Below, one piece after another: positions 44,426-56,181 of a stretch of 64,000 nucleotides of DNA. The position numbers were made by a program, and so were the translations under genes. The notes under the pieces are model-generated. The model saw only the letters and a list, made by a program, of their open reading frames with translations. It was not told where the DNA came from and ran no database searches. The stretch covers positions 212,310 through 276,309 of the forward strand of contig OY969413.1 of the NCBI GenBank assembly GCA_963699165.1, given 5' to 3'. Source of the DNA: Candidatus Kaiserbacteria bacterium. Its GTDB lineage: Bacteria; Patescibacteriota; Minisyncoccia; Phycocordibacterales; Phycocordibacteraceae. Every line of letters begins with the position of its first letter. Positions within the stretch are counted from its first letter, which is position 1.

Positions 44426-45814
44426 TTACTTTTTGTCGACTTTCAGTCCGAGTTCTTTAAGCTGCTTTTCTACCAGCGGTTTCGGGGCTTTCATCACCGA
44501 CGTTTGTCCGCCGCGCGTCATCGGAAATGCTTGCACTTCGCGGAGCATCGTCTCGCCCGTGAGGTTCATTATGTTGCGTTCGACTCCGAGTGCGATGCCG
44601 CCGTGCGGCGGTGTGCCATAGCGAAACGCTTTCAGCATATGTCCGACGCGCTCCTCCAGATCCTCGTTTGAGAAGCCCATCACGCGATACACCGCTTCCA
44701 GAATTTCCGGTTTGTGCGCGCGAATGGATCCGCCGCCGGACTCGAATCCATTGCATACGAGGTCGTATTGCGTCGTCAAAATGTCGCCGATATTCTCGCC
44801 TTTCAAAAGCCAGTCAAGATGTTCCGGAATCGGCATCGAGAAAGGATTGTGCGTAAACGTCCATCCGCCATCGTCTGTTTTCTCGAAAAACGGGAAATTC
44901 ACGACCCATGCATACGCCAAAATTCCTTTCTCTTTGTCTTCGTCGGTGCGCATGTCAAACTTATCGGCGCCGTATTTTTCCATAGCGTCCTTGTACGAAA
45001 TTCTCGGAAACGGCTTCTGCTTGATTTCGTATCCCATCGCTTCAACAACGGTTGTTATCATGTCTTCAACGGCAGCCATAACGTCTTCCATGGTGACGAA
45101 TGACATCTCGATGTCGACTTGCGTATGCTCGAATCCGCGGTCGGCGCGCAAATCTTCGTCGCGTATGGCGCGTGCAATTTGGAAATATCGCTCGAATCCT
45201 GCCGTCATCAAGAGTTGTTTGTATTGTTGCGGCGACTGCGGAAGCGCATAGAACTTTCCAGGATTCAGTCGGGATGGCACAACAAAGTCCCGCGAACCTT
45301 CGGGCGTGGATTCGGTTAAAAGCGGCGTCTCGATTTCAGTAAAATCATGCGCAAACAAATATTCGCGGCAACGGCGAATGAATTCGCTTCGCACGCGCAT
45401 ATTTTTTTGCATGCGCTTCGAGCGCAGGTCGAGGTAGCGGTATTCGGCGCGGACGCTTTCGTCAATGCCGCTCGTGTCTCCCGAAATATCAAAGGGCATT
45501 GCGTCAGACGCGTTAAGGATTTCGATGGCTTTAATTTCCAGTTCAATATCGCCGTTTTGTTTATCCGCTTGGGCATTTTTGGGAGGACGCTTGTTGACAA
45601 TGCCTTCGACGCGGACGACATATTCATTGCGGATGTCTCTTGCGGCATCCATGGCTGGACTTCCGGGGAGAACGACACCCTGCACGAGGCCGCTCCGGTC
45701 GCGGAAATCAAAAAAGACGATCTTGCCCTGATCGCGCCGAACATCGACCCAGCCAGAAATCGAGACCGTCTCGCCCGTGTGTTTCGCCAAATCGCCGATA
45801 CGTGTTCGTTCCAT
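44426..45814 (-). CDS. aspS: Aspartyl-tRNA synthetase, short (archaeal/eukaryal-type, 462 aa) form; Asp/Asn specificity not resolvable by eye
   Basis: OB-fold N-domain; class IIb motifs (FRDE-like, QSPQQYKQLLM, GGGSIR, GFERL). Confidence 0.85.
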   Translation of the reverse strand: MERTRIGDLAKHTGETVSISGWVDVRRDQGKIVFFDFRDRSGLVQGVVLPGSPAMDAARDIRNEYVVRVEGIVNKRPPKNAQADKQNGDIELEIKAIEILNASDAMPFDISGDTSGIDESVRAEYRYLDLRSKRMQKNMRVRSEFIRRCREYLFAHDFTEIETPLLTESTPEGSRDFVVPSRLNPGKFYALPQSPQQYKQLLMTAGFERYFQIARAIRDEDLRADRGFEHTQVDIEMSFVTMEDVMAAVEDMITTVVEAMGYEIKQKPFPRISYKDAMEKYGADKFDMRTDEDKEKGILAYAWVVNFPFFEKTDDGGWTFTHNPFSMPIPEHLDWLLKGENIGDILTTQYDLVCNGFESGGGSIRAHKPEILEAVYRVMGFSNEDLEERVGHMLKAFRYGTPPHGGIALGVERNIMNLTGETMLREVQAFPMTRGGQTSVMKAPKPLVEKQLKELGLKVDKK

Positions 45815-45821
45815 ACGAGTA

Positions 45822-46805
45822 TTATGCTACGCCGATTGCTTTGCGGACAATCTCCATTTTTGCTTCGCTCACCGCTCTCGCTTCCGTCTTGCCTTTCGCA
45901 AGAACATCCTCGACGATTCCGGCATCATTTTTCAGTTCCTCGTATTTCGAACGAATCGGGGCAAAATATCGGTCAAGGTCTTCGATTAGCGCTTCCTTAA
46001 GCGCTTTGTATTTGCCCGCGTTACTACCATATATGGTAGTAAGTTCCTCCTCGCTTCGAACGAGCTTGTGAATATCAAAAACATTTTTTGGTCGATGAGA
46101 TTGGTCCCTTCCCATCGCTTCCGCAAATGAGTCCGTGACAATGCTCATGACGCACTTGGCGAGTTCGTCGCGCGATGCAAAAAGCGGAATGACATTGTTG
46201 TAACTTTTGCTCATTTTTTGTCCATCGGTGCCCGGTACAACCGCAACCCCGGGCATAATGTACGGCTCCGGCAGCTTAAAAACGTCCTCTATGAACACGC
46301 GATTAAATTTTTCCGCGGTGTCGCGCGCGTACTCCACGTGCTGTTTTTGATCCTGCCCTACCGGAACGACGGCAGCATCGTACAGCAGAATGTCCGCCGC
46401 CATTAAGAGCGGATAGTTAAACGTGCCGACGCTGATTTCTTTGTTTTTCGCTTCGGCGTCTTTGAATGCGTGCGCGCGCATGAGATACGGCATCGTGGTG
46501 ATGGAATCGAAAATCCAGCACAGTTCCGTATGCGCCGGGACATCCGATTGCTTAAACAGGACAATATCTTCAGGGTCGAGTCCGCATGCGAGGTATGCGA
46601 GCACCAACTCGCGGGTGCGCCTCTTCATCTCCTCCGCGTCCTGCATCGTGTTGAGGGCATGATAGTCGGCAACGAAAATGAACGGGCGATATTTTCCGCT
46701 CTTCGTAAGTTCGACCTGTTGGCGAATGGCGCCGAAATAGTTGCCGATGTGCAAATCGCCGGTCGGTTTTATTCCGGAAACGAGTATCGGTTTCGAGGAT
46801 GTCAT
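45822..46805 (-). CDS. trpS: Tryptophanyl-tRNA synthetase
   Basis: HIGN (HIGH) and KMSKS motifs; 327 aa. Confidence 0.92.
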   Translation of the reverse strand: MTSSKPILVSGIKPTGDLHIGNYFGAIRQQVELTKSGKYRPFIFVADYHALNTMQDAEEMKRRTRELVLAYLACGLDPEDIVLFKQSDVPAHTELCWIFDSITTMPYLMRAHAFKDAEAKNKEISVGTFNYPLLMAADILLYDAAVVPVGQDQKQHVEYARDTAEKFNRVFIEDVFKLPEPYIMPGVAVVPGTDGQKMSKSYNNVIPLFASRDELAKCVMSIVTDSFAEAMGRDQSHRPKNVFDIHKLVRSEEELTTIYGSNAGKYKALKEALIEDLDRYFAPIRSKYEELKNDAGIVEDVLAKGKTEARAVSEAKMEIVRKAIGVA

Positions 46806-46846
46806 GAAGACATACTACCACAAGACATCGCCCGCACCGCGAAGAT

Positions 46847-47269
46847 TCAGTGTTTTTTGGCTGCCTTTTTCGCCGCTTTCTTTACGGCTTTTTTCACCTC
46901 CTTCTTGACCGTCTTTGTGGCCTTTGCGCCCGCAAGTTTTGCCTCGCGCTGTACCTTGTCCCAATTCGCCTTCAGTTCCGCGGCAACGCGCTTAACATCT
47001 TCCGGCTTTACTGCGCGGGCTTCGCGATAGGTCTTCGATACCTGGTCAACGACTTTGCCGAAATCCTTTGCTCCTTCAACCCGAAGTTTCTTCGCTTCGC
47101 GAATCGCATCCTTCTTAAGGTCATTTGCCCACTTTGCCGCTACCTTGCGATTCTTCTTCGCATTTTTGTCCGCATAGAAATAATATCCCGCGGCGGCTGC
47201 GGTGCTAGCCGCAACAAGCCCTGCCGCTATTCCAGCCGCTGCACCCGCGCCCGTGGTTTTCTTTGCCAT
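46847..47269 (-). CDS. Hypothetical protein with N-terminal Gly/Ala-rich hydrophobic segment and Lys/Ala-rich histone-H1-like C-terminal tail
   Basis: 140 aa, ...KKEVKKAVKKAAKKAAKKH; highly charged helical middle region. Confidence 0.45.
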   Translation of the reverse strand: MAKKTTGAGAAAGIAAGLVAASTAAAAGYYFYADKNAKKNRKVAAKWANDLKKDAIREAKKLRVEGAKDFGKVVDQVSKTYREARAVKPEDVKRVAAELKANWDKVQREAKLAGAKATKTVKKEVKKAVKKAAKKAAKKH

Positions 47270-47293
47270 ACCTGTAAATAAAATAATTAATTG

Positions 47294-47572
47294 TTAGATT
47301 TTTTTTGTTTTCCTTGCCGTCCTCTTGGCTGTCTTGCCGAAAAAGCCGAGCAATGATTTCAAGCGGCCGCGCCCCTGCCGAATATTTTCGCGCACACCGG
47401 CGAGGTCTTCGCGGACGCTGTCCGTCTCTTTCGAGACCTCTTCGGAAATGTGCTCGACATTTTTCAGCACGCGCTGAACCCGCCACAGGACGAACACCGC
47501 CAATATCGCGACCGCAACAACCGCAACGGTCGTTACGACGAAGAAAATGTCCATCTTCAGAAATTCGTCCAT
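47294..47572 (-). CDS. Hypothetical small membrane-anchored protein (DUF948/YtxH-like architecture)
   Basis: 92 aa, single N-terminal TM, charged helical C-terminus. Confidence 0.45.
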   Translation of the reverse strand: MDEFLKMDIFFVVTTVAVVAVAILAVFVLWRVQRVLKNVEHISEEVSKETDSVREDLAGVRENIRQGRGRLKSLLGFFGKTAKRTARKTKKI

Positions 47573-48026
47573 GTCGCAGTAAGTATACTACAGTCAAGGG
47601 CGCAATGCTTCGTACAGAAAGCCGCCGGTCGTAACCGGCGGCTGGGCGTAAGTGTGTAGACGCGCTATATCATGTCGGGCGGAATGACAAAGATGTCCGT
47701 GTCCGTGATTGCGGCATGCAGTCGTTCGAGTCCGAAACATCGCCGGATAATATTCGCCAAAGCAAGGGCTCTGCGCGGGTCCCGCTCGCCCGCATACGAA
47801 AGCGATGGCGGTTTGCCTCTGCGTTTTCGCCAGAGCGCATGCAGGACGACATACTCCGCGGCGTCCGGGCAATACCCGCTTAGTAAACTGCGTTTGCCTC
47901 GGCTCCTTCCCTGCAATCTCGACACCGCGTGTTGTTTCTTTCGTCTCCTGGACATTGCGCGTTTCCTCCATGCTCGTCCGTGCGGTATGCGTCATGCGCA
48001 TCTGCGAGCATACTACGCGACCGACG

Positions 48027-48488
48027 TTAAGTCCCGATGAACGGCTTCGTTTGCAACGCATCGCGCAAGAGCCGCGATACCGAATGCAGTTCCGACTCCG
48101 GACTTTCGTTTCTGCTGCCGGGACGATACAAAAAACGCCGTGGCTCGTATTCGGTTATGCCGGTGTCGCCTTCTTTGCGAGGAAGCACGTGCAAGTGAAA
48201 ATGCGGAACGGATTGCCCCGCTAGTTTGCCTTCGTTCCAAGCATAATTGAAACCTTCTGCGCCAAACGCAATTCGCAAAGCATCATGTATTTTTGACTGC
48301 AGGTCAAAGATTGCAATTCTTTCTTCGGGTGTGAGCTCTTCAAATGTTGCCACGCAACGGATGGGTGCGACGAGTGTGTGTCCCGGAACAATCGGAATGT
48401 TTGTAAGGAATGCCCATGCAAGTTCATTGCGACAAATTTCGCGCTTCCTAATTGCAGGAATCTCACAGAATGCGCAGCGTATATCCAT
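48027..48488 (-). CDS. HIT-family (histidine triad) hydrolase
   Basis: 153 aa from MDIRCAFCEI...; HFHLHVLPR histidine triad. The six-frame ORF extends spuriously upstream across the tRNA region. Confidence 0.8.
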   Translation of the reverse strand: MDIRCAFCEIPAIRKREICRNELAWAFLTNIPIVPGHTLVAPIRCVATFEELTPEERIAIFDLQSKIHDALRIAFGAEGFNYAWNEGKLAGQSVPHFHLHVLPRKEGDTGITEYEPRRFLYRPGSRNESPESELHSVSRLLRDALQTKPFIGT

Positions 48489-48640
48489 GTTGAATGTTAT
48501 GGCATGAGTATACCAAGAACGAGGGAAAATAAGTGCTCCGGGTTGGATTCGCTTCTCGCTCTGCTGAGCTCGAAACCTCCGCCCCCTCCTCGGGGGCTGC
48601 GGCCCGCGGTTCGAATCCTTCCCGTCCGTACATGAAGCAC

Positions 48641-48675
48641 AGAAAAGGTCGGATAAAAAATCCGACCTTTTCTGG
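48641..48675 (-). terminator. Rho-independent terminator downstream of tRNA-Tyr
   Basis: AAAAGGTCGGAT-loop-ATCCGACCTTTT with T-run on the minus strand. Confidence 0.6.
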
Positions 48676-48680
48676 CTTAG

Positions 48681-48764
48681 TGCGCCGGGTTGGATTCGAA
48701 CCAACGTAGGACTATGTCCGACAGGTTTACAGCCTGTTGTAATTGACCACTCTACCACCGACGC
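48681..48764 (-). tRNA. tRNA-Tyr (anticodon GTA) with long variable arm
   Basis: Manual cloverleaf on the minus strand: acceptor GCGTCGG/CCGGCGC, anticodon stem ACAGG/CCTGT with loop CTGTAAA, variable arm CGGAC-ata-GTCC, T-arm GTTGG-TTCGAAT-CCAAC, discriminator A. Confidence 0.85.
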
Positions 48765-48792
48765 AATGCGTCCACTATAACGGATTTTCGCG

Positions 48793-50046
48793 TTATTTCA
48801 AAACCAGAATGAGTACGCCCTGTTTTCCTTTTCGGACAAGTGCGTATCCGCCGGAAAGGTCGCCAGAATATATTTTTTGGTCGGGACTTTCGATTGTCTG
48901 GCCGGAAAGAGTGATGCCCTTCCCTTCGATGAGGCGGCGAGCATCGGATTTTGACGACGCAAGGCCGCCCGCGACGAGCGCTTCAGCGAGCGAGTATCCG
49001 TCCTGGATATCGCTCCTCGTAATAGCGACTGTCGGCGCTTCCGCAAGAGTGACTGCGAGGGCGTCGCGCGACAGTTCGCTAAACGGAGTCGCGCCAAAAA
49101 GCGCATCCGTCGCGGCTGCGACTTGCGCCGTCGCGGCGGGACCGTGGATGATTTCCGTTGCAAGGCGCGCGAGCGTTTCCTGGGCCTGCCGTTCTCCCGG
49201 ATTCCTGCGATGCAATTCCATAAGTGCATCGATTTCAACCGGCGGCAAGAACGTGTAGACGCGAAGATACTTCTCGATATTCGCATCGGGAAGATTAATC
49301 CAAAATTGATAGAACTGGAACGGCGATGTTTTTTTAGGATTCAGCCAAATGGCATTCCCTTCGCTCTTGCCGAATTTTTTGCCGGCAGAGTCGGTCACGA
49401 GCGGAATGGTAAAGGCGAACACGTCTTCACCGAGTTTTTTGTGAATGAGGTCGACGCCCGAAAGGATGTTTGTCCACTGATCGCTCGCGCCGATTTGCAG
49501 ATCGCAGCCGAATTTTTGGTGGAGCGTGAGGTAGTCGAATCCCTGAAGCAAAGCGTAGGTGAATTCGGTATACGAAATGCTTTCATCCGGGGCGTCAAGC
49601 CGCTTTTTAATGATGTCGCGCTTTATCAAATCGTTCACCGTAAAATATTTTCCGATATCGCGTAAAAATAACAGCAACTGTACGTTCGACAGCCAGTCCG
49701 CGTTGTTGACCATTTTAAATGGCACGCCGCCGAGAATCTTTTTCAGTTCTGATTGCAGCGCGCGCGTATTTGCGGCAACGGTTTTTTCGTCCAGCAGGAC
49801 CCGCTCGCCTTTTTCGCGCGGGTCGCCGATTTGTCCCGTCGCTCCGCCGACCAGAAAAACAAGCGTATGTCCCGCCTGCGCGAGCCGCTTCATGAGGAGG
49901 ATGACGGCAAGGTTGCCGATTTGCATCGAATCGGCGGTGGGGTCAATGCCGAGATATACCGTTCGCGGTTTCTCGAGAATCTTCTCAATCGGCGCAGAGG
50001 TGTGCTCCAGCAATCCGCGCGCTTTTAATTCTTCGGCAAGCGTCAT
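48793..50046 (-). CDS. tyrS: Tyrosyl-tRNA synthetase (with C-terminal S4-like domain)
   Basis: HIGH-region (PTADSMQIGN), KFGKS (KMSKS), C-terminal S4 fold. Confidence 0.92.
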   Translation of the reverse strand: MTLAEELKARGLLEHTSAPIEKILEKPRTVYLGIDPTADSMQIGNLAVILLMKRLAQAGHTLVFLVGGATGQIGDPREKGERVLLDEKTVAANTRALQSELKKILGGVPFKMVNNADWLSNVQLLLFLRDIGKYFTVNDLIKRDIIKKRLDAPDESISYTEFTYALLQGFDYLTLHQKFGCDLQIGASDQWTNILSGVDLIHKKLGEDVFAFTIPLVTDSAGKKFGKSEGNAIWLNPKKTSPFQFYQFWINLPDANIEKYLRVYTFLPPVEIDALMELHRRNPGERQAQETLARLATEIIHGPAATAQVAAATDALFGATPFSELSRDALAVTLAEAPTVAITRSDIQDGYSLAEALVAGGLASSKSDARRLIEGKGITLSGQTIESPDQKIYSGDLSGGYALVRKGKQGVLILVLK

Positions 50047-50061
50047 GGCAAAACTATACCA

Positions 50062-51852
50062 TTATTCGTGCAAACCGATATGCAGTTCGTAGAAATGCCG
50101 ATACACGCCGTCTTGAATCTTGACGAGTTCATCGTGGGTACCTTGTTCTGCAATCTCTCCCTGTTTCAGTACGATAATGCTGTCGGCTTTGCGCACCGTC
50201 GAAAGGCGGTGCGCGATAATAAAGGTCGTCCGTCCACGCATGAGCTCATCGAAAGATTTGCTCACGTACTTCTCGGTCTCCGCATCAAGGGCTGATGTGG
50301 GTTCATCAAGAATGAGAATGCGGGGGTTTCGCAATATGGCGCGCGCGATGGCCACCCTCTGTTTTTGACCCACTGAAAGCTTAATACCGCGCTCGCCGAC
50401 TTCTTGTTCGTACTTTTTCGGAAACTGTTCAATAAAGATGTCCGCGTGTGCCTTCTTCGCCGCTTCTTCCACCTCGGCATCGGTTGCGCCGGGTTTTCCG
50501 TAGCGGATATTTTGCATTATGCTTGCGTTGAAGAGTACGACTTCCTGCGGAACGATGCCGATGCCGCGGCGCAAATCATTGAGATTGACCGTCTTCACGT
50601 CATGGCCGTCTATAAGCACTTCGCCTTGAGTCGGAAAATAGTAGCCCGAGATGAGTTCGGCGGTCGTAGATTTACCCACACCCGTTTCGCCGACAAGTGC
50701 CACGACTTCGCCGGCGCGGACGCGAAACGACACGCCTTTCAAAACCTCCGGTTGGCCCTCTTCATAGGAGAAATGCACGTCTTTGAATTCCACATTGCCC
50801 GCAAGCTCGGGCAAGCGCACGGCTTGTTCGGGTTCGTATGTCTCCGAAGGCGTCTCGAAAATAATTTCGCTGCGCACAAGCGATGTCAACCCGTTTTGAA
50901 TAGTCTGCCACTGTCCGCCGAGCGACACGAATGGCCCCATTATCATTCCGGCGTACGCATTGAAAGCAATGAGCTCGCCAATGGTTATGCTGCCGTTTGA
51001 CACGAGCGCCACCGAGTAAAATAAAATGATGCCCTGCGTAAGCGTGACAATGACGCGCTGGGAGAAGTTCATGGCGCTCCATGCGTATTCCATTTTCATC
51101 CATAGCGGCAGAGCATTCTTGAAAAACGCAGAATGTATTCGTTCGCTTTCGTATGTCTCGGCGCTCGCCTGTTTTACCGTTTGCACGTTCGTATATGCAT
51201 CGGCGCCGTCGCCGTATGCGCGGTTCCAGATTTTGATGCCTTCTTCCTGATAGAAAGCGGTTTTAGGTAAAATGCGCACAAGCACCAGGAGATATATTGC
51301 GACTCCGGCCAGAAGAATTGCAGCCAGCGAAGGGCGCATTGAGAATGATATGGCAACACCGATAAAAATTGTAAGAAATTGCGGCGCAAGCGAAACAATC
51401 GTATCCGCGGTTCTTGCCAACTGCCATGCCGCTCTGGAAACCATTTCCGATATTTCGCCCGAACGATTTTTCTTATGAAAAGCAATCGGAAGCGTAAGCA
51501 GATGCGTGAACGCATTTGCTTGCACCGCAATTTCAAGTTCGGTCGTAAGAAGCCGGCTTTGTCGGTCGATTAACCAACTGACGCCGTTTGCGATAATCTG
51601 CGCGACGAACCAAGTGGCAAGAAGCACCGACCAGCCTTGATAAGAACCGAGCAGCGGAACTGCGATGATGTGCGGGTTAACAAGCGTATCGAAAAAGCGC
51701 CCGGTTATATACGGAATGACGCCGTTAGCGGCGGCGGAAAAAATGCCCGCAATCGAGAGCAACGTGAGCACGCCCTTGTATGGATTCAGCTGTCGCGAGA
51801 GCGCTTTGCGCTTTTGAGCCCACGTGAATTTTGGCCGTCTTTCATCGTCCAT
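50062..51852 (-). CDS. ABC exporter, fused permease/ATPase (MsbA-like)
   Basis: 6-TM N-domain; Walker A GETGVGKST, signature LSVGQKQR, Walker B ILILDEPTSALD. Confidence 0.88.
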   Translation of the reverse strand: MDDERRPKFTWAQKRKALSRQLNPYKGVLTLLSIAGIFSAAANGVIPYITGRFFDTLVNPHIIAVPLLGSYQGWSVLLATWFVAQIIANGVSWLIDRQSRLLTTELEIAVQANAFTHLLTLPIAFHKKNRSGEISEMVSRAAWQLARTADTIVSLAPQFLTIFIGVAISFSMRPSLAAILLAGVAIYLLVLVRILPKTAFYQEEGIKIWNRAYGDGADAYTNVQTVKQASAETYESERIHSAFFKNALPLWMKMEYAWSAMNFSQRVIVTLTQGIILFYSVALVSNGSITIGELIAFNAYAGMIMGPFVSLGGQWQTIQNGLTSLVRSEIIFETPSETYEPEQAVRLPELAGNVEFKDVHFSYEEGQPEVLKGVSFRVRAGEVVALVGETGVGKSTTAELISGYYFPTQGEVLIDGHDVKTVNLNDLRRGIGIVPQEVVLFNASIMQNIRYGKPGATDAEVEEAAKKAHADIFIEQFPKKYEQEVGERGIKLSVGQKQRVAIARAILRNPRILILDEPTSALDAETEKYVSKSFDELMRGRTTFIIAHRLSTVRKADSIIVLKQGEIAEQGTHDELVKIQDGVYRHFYELHIGLHE

Positions 51853-51880
51853 CGTTTAGTTATAACACTGAAAGCAAAAT

Positions 51881-52399
51881 TTATTGAGCCAGAAAGAAAA
51901 GACCGGCCGCGGGAGCTATGAACCACCAGAAGAAGAATTGGTCAGGTGCGAACAGCAAAGAGATTTGCGACGGAAAGTTATACACGGAAGGAATCAGAAA
52001 GACATGGTACGCGAGCGCCATCAAAAATGCCGAGGCGAGAAACGGCAACACCAAAATTCCCAAAATGCCGACATGCACGAAGTCGGAGGCGGCGACGCGG
52101 CGTAACACCATATAGAAAATGAATGTTAGGACGACGTATAGTCCTACGTGCACGAGCAGCGCCGTGAGCTTCGGCGCCGTGGGCAAAAAAGACATATACG
52201 GAAACGCGAGGTAGACCGCGTACGCGCAATAAAACGCGAGCACTATCGATACGAACGGACCTCGCCCGATGTACTGCAGAAAGCAGTAAAAGAGAATAAA
52301 CAGGATTATGAGCACCAAAAAATTGCTCGCAATGGCCCATGCGCTAAGCCCGTATTGCGATAACGTCGGAAGCGCCTGCACGATTGCGTCGGCATTCAT
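51881..52399 (-). CDS. Hypothetical polytopic membrane protein
   Basis: 172 aa, ~5 TM helices, Phe/Tyr-rich. Confidence 0.5.
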   Translation of the reverse strand: MNADAIVQALPTLSQYGLSAWAIASNFLVLIILFILFYCFLQYIGRGPFVSIVLAFYCAYAVYLAFPYMSFLPTAPKLTALLVHVGLYVVLTFIFYMVLRRVAASDFVHVGILGILVLPFLASAFLMALAYHVFLIPSVYNFPSQISLLFAPDQFFFWWFIAPAAGLFFLAQ

Positions 52400-52423
52400 A
52401 CAAGACAGTATATACCGCCCAAA

Positions 52424-53512
52424 CTAGAGCCCTTCGGTTTTCAACTCCTCGACTATTTTGCGGGCTTTGCCGGACAGCTTGTTTGGAAGCGTCGCTTCGA
52501 GGCGAATAATCAGGTCGCCGCGCGCGCCTTCCGTCGGGACTCCTTTGCCGGCAACGCGCAACAGCTCTTCGGCGCGTTTCATTGCGGGAATTTTTACCTC
52601 AAGTGTTTTTCCTTCGAGCGTCTCGATGGATACGGTTGTTCCGAGGAGCGCGTCGGTGAGTTTTACCGGAAGATTCATCACGAGGTTTGCACCTTCGCGG
52701 CGAAATATGCGGTGGGGCTGCACGTGCACCTTCACGTACAGGTCGCCCGCGACGCCCGCCTTAATCGCTTCGCCCTGCTGCGGAAGGCGAATCATTTCGC
52801 CATTGTCGATGCCGGACGGTATCGAGACCTTGATTTCCTCCTCTTTTCGCAGCACACCATGTCCTTTGCACTCGGGGCATTTCTCTTTTGGAATTTTACC
52901 GCTTCCATCGCAAGTCGTGCACGTGCGAACGCTGGTGAACTGGCCGAGAATGGAATTGCGCGTCTCGTGCACGCGGCCGCTTCCGTTGCAGGTTTTGCAG
53001 GTGTCGAGTTCCGTTCCCGCCTTTGCGCCCGAGCCATGGCATATGCTGCAGGTCGAGACCTTGGCGAGAAGCACCGTGCGCGTCGTGCCGAACACGGCAT
53101 CTTTGAATGGAATTTCAAGGTCGATAGAAATGTCGCGCCCGCGCGGCGTTCTTGATTGGCTGTTTCGGCCGCCGAACATGTCGCCGAAAATATCGCCGAA
53201 GTCGAATTGCATGCCGTCCGCATCAAATCCCTGCTGGAATTGGCTGAAATCAAAGCCGCCGAAGCCGCCCGCGGCGGCGCCGCTTGAGCGTGAGCCGCCG
53301 CCGCCTTGAAACGCCTGTCCGTACGCGTCGTATTCGCGGCGCTTCTTATCATCACTAAGAACCGAATACGCTTCGGTAATCTCTTTAAACTTATCCGCAT
53401 TGCCTCCTTTGTCGGGATGATATTTGTGCGCGAGCTTCCGAAATGCTTTTTTTATGTCGTCAGGCGTCGCTTTTCTATCGACGCCGAGTACGTTGTAGTA
53501 ATCTTTTGGCAT
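52424..53512 (-). CDS. dnaJ: Chaperone DnaJ
   Basis: J domain with HPD, G/F region, four CxxCxGxG zinc-finger repeats. Confidence 0.92.
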   Translation of the reverse strand: MPKDYYNVLGVDRKATPDDIKKAFRKLAHKYHPDKGGNADKFKEITEAYSVLSDDKKRREYDAYGQAFQGGGGSRSSGAAAGGFGGFDFSQFQQGFDADGMQFDFGDIFGDMFGGRNSQSRTPRGRDISIDLEIPFKDAVFGTTRTVLLAKVSTCSICHGSGAKAGTELDTCKTCNGSGRVHETRNSILGQFTSVRTCTTCDGSGKIPKEKCPECKGHGVLRKEEEIKVSIPSGIDNGEMIRLPQQGEAIKAGVAGDLYVKVHVQPHRIFRREGANLVMNLPVKLTDALLGTTVSIETLEGKTLEVKIPAMKRAEELLRVAGKGVPTEGARGDLIIRLEATLPNKLSGKARKIVEELKTEGL

Positions 53513-53601
53513 AGGGTGCCATCATTATACGCTCCTATTTTTTCAATGCAAAACAACAGGCGGCGCGGTAAACCGCGCCGCCTGTTGATAACGATTTCCG
53601 A

Positions 53602-55497
<1,896 letters not shown>

Positions 55498-55533
55498 ATA
55501 TTTTTATAAAGTTAGGTGTCTATTTTATACCTC

Positions 55534-56139
55534 TTATTTTTCGCTTGCAAAGTGCGCCACGCGGACTTTAGCGGCGCGAATGATATCTTCTCCAATCTTC
55601 CACCCTTTCTCAAGTATTGCCGTAATAGTATCATCTTTCGTCGCGTCGTTCGTTGCGTCTTGGCCGAATGCCTCGTGGAGCGCCGGATTGAAGGGTTCGC
55701 CGACAACGCCCACTTCCTCAAGACCGAGCGAAGCAAACGCACTTTCAAGCTGTTTTGCGATTGCCTGAAAACCCTCGGGAATTTCGCCGTGTTCTTTTGC
55801 GCGCTCAAGCGCGTCAAATGCGGGCAAAAGCGTCTCGACGGCTTTGACTTTGCCGCGAAACTCGGACACCTTCGACTCGTCGCCAAAACGCTTGAGCGCA
55901 TTTACATAGTCGGCTTTGGCTCTCTGCCAACCGTCCATGTATTCCTGCTTTTCCTTTTTGCACGCTGACAGCTCCTCGCGCAATTTCGCCGCCTTCGACG
56001 ATGCTGCATTCAGCGCGTCGTCGTCCGAACTTCCGAAGGAAGTTTTAGGATCGGCCTCAAACTCAACATCTTCTGGTTCATCCCTAAACTCCGCCGCATT
56101 GGCGGAGTCGGGCGAACTTTTTCCAAAAGTTATAGCCAT
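55534..56139 (-). CDS. grpE: Nucleotide exchange factor GrpE
   Basis: Long helix plus C-terminal beta domain; order grpE-dnaK-dnaJ. Confidence 0.88.
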   Translation of the reverse strand: MAITFGKSSPDSANAAEFRDEPEDVEFEADPKTSFGSSDDDALNAASSKAAKLREELSACKKEKQEYMDGWQRAKADYVNALKRFGDESKVSEFRGKVKAVETLLPAFDALERAKEHGEIPEGFQAIAKQLESAFASLGLEEVGVVGEPFNPALHEAFGQDATNDATKDDTITAILEKGWKIGEDIIRAAKVRVAHFASEK

Positions 56140-56181
56140 ATGCTAAATATGCCCGAAAAATGGTGCGATGTCAAAAAAGTT

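Noticed and set aside
48531-48640. Possible additional tRNA because of a perfect GGTTCGAATCC T-loop string
   Set aside because: Could not build acceptor/T-stem pairing on either strand; flanking stems do not complement. Reported only as tRNA-like fragment.
56140-56181. CIRCE (HrcA) operator upstream of grpE-dnaK-dnaJ
   Set aside because: No TTAGCACTC-N9-GAGTGCTAA-like inverted repeat in the grpE upstream region.
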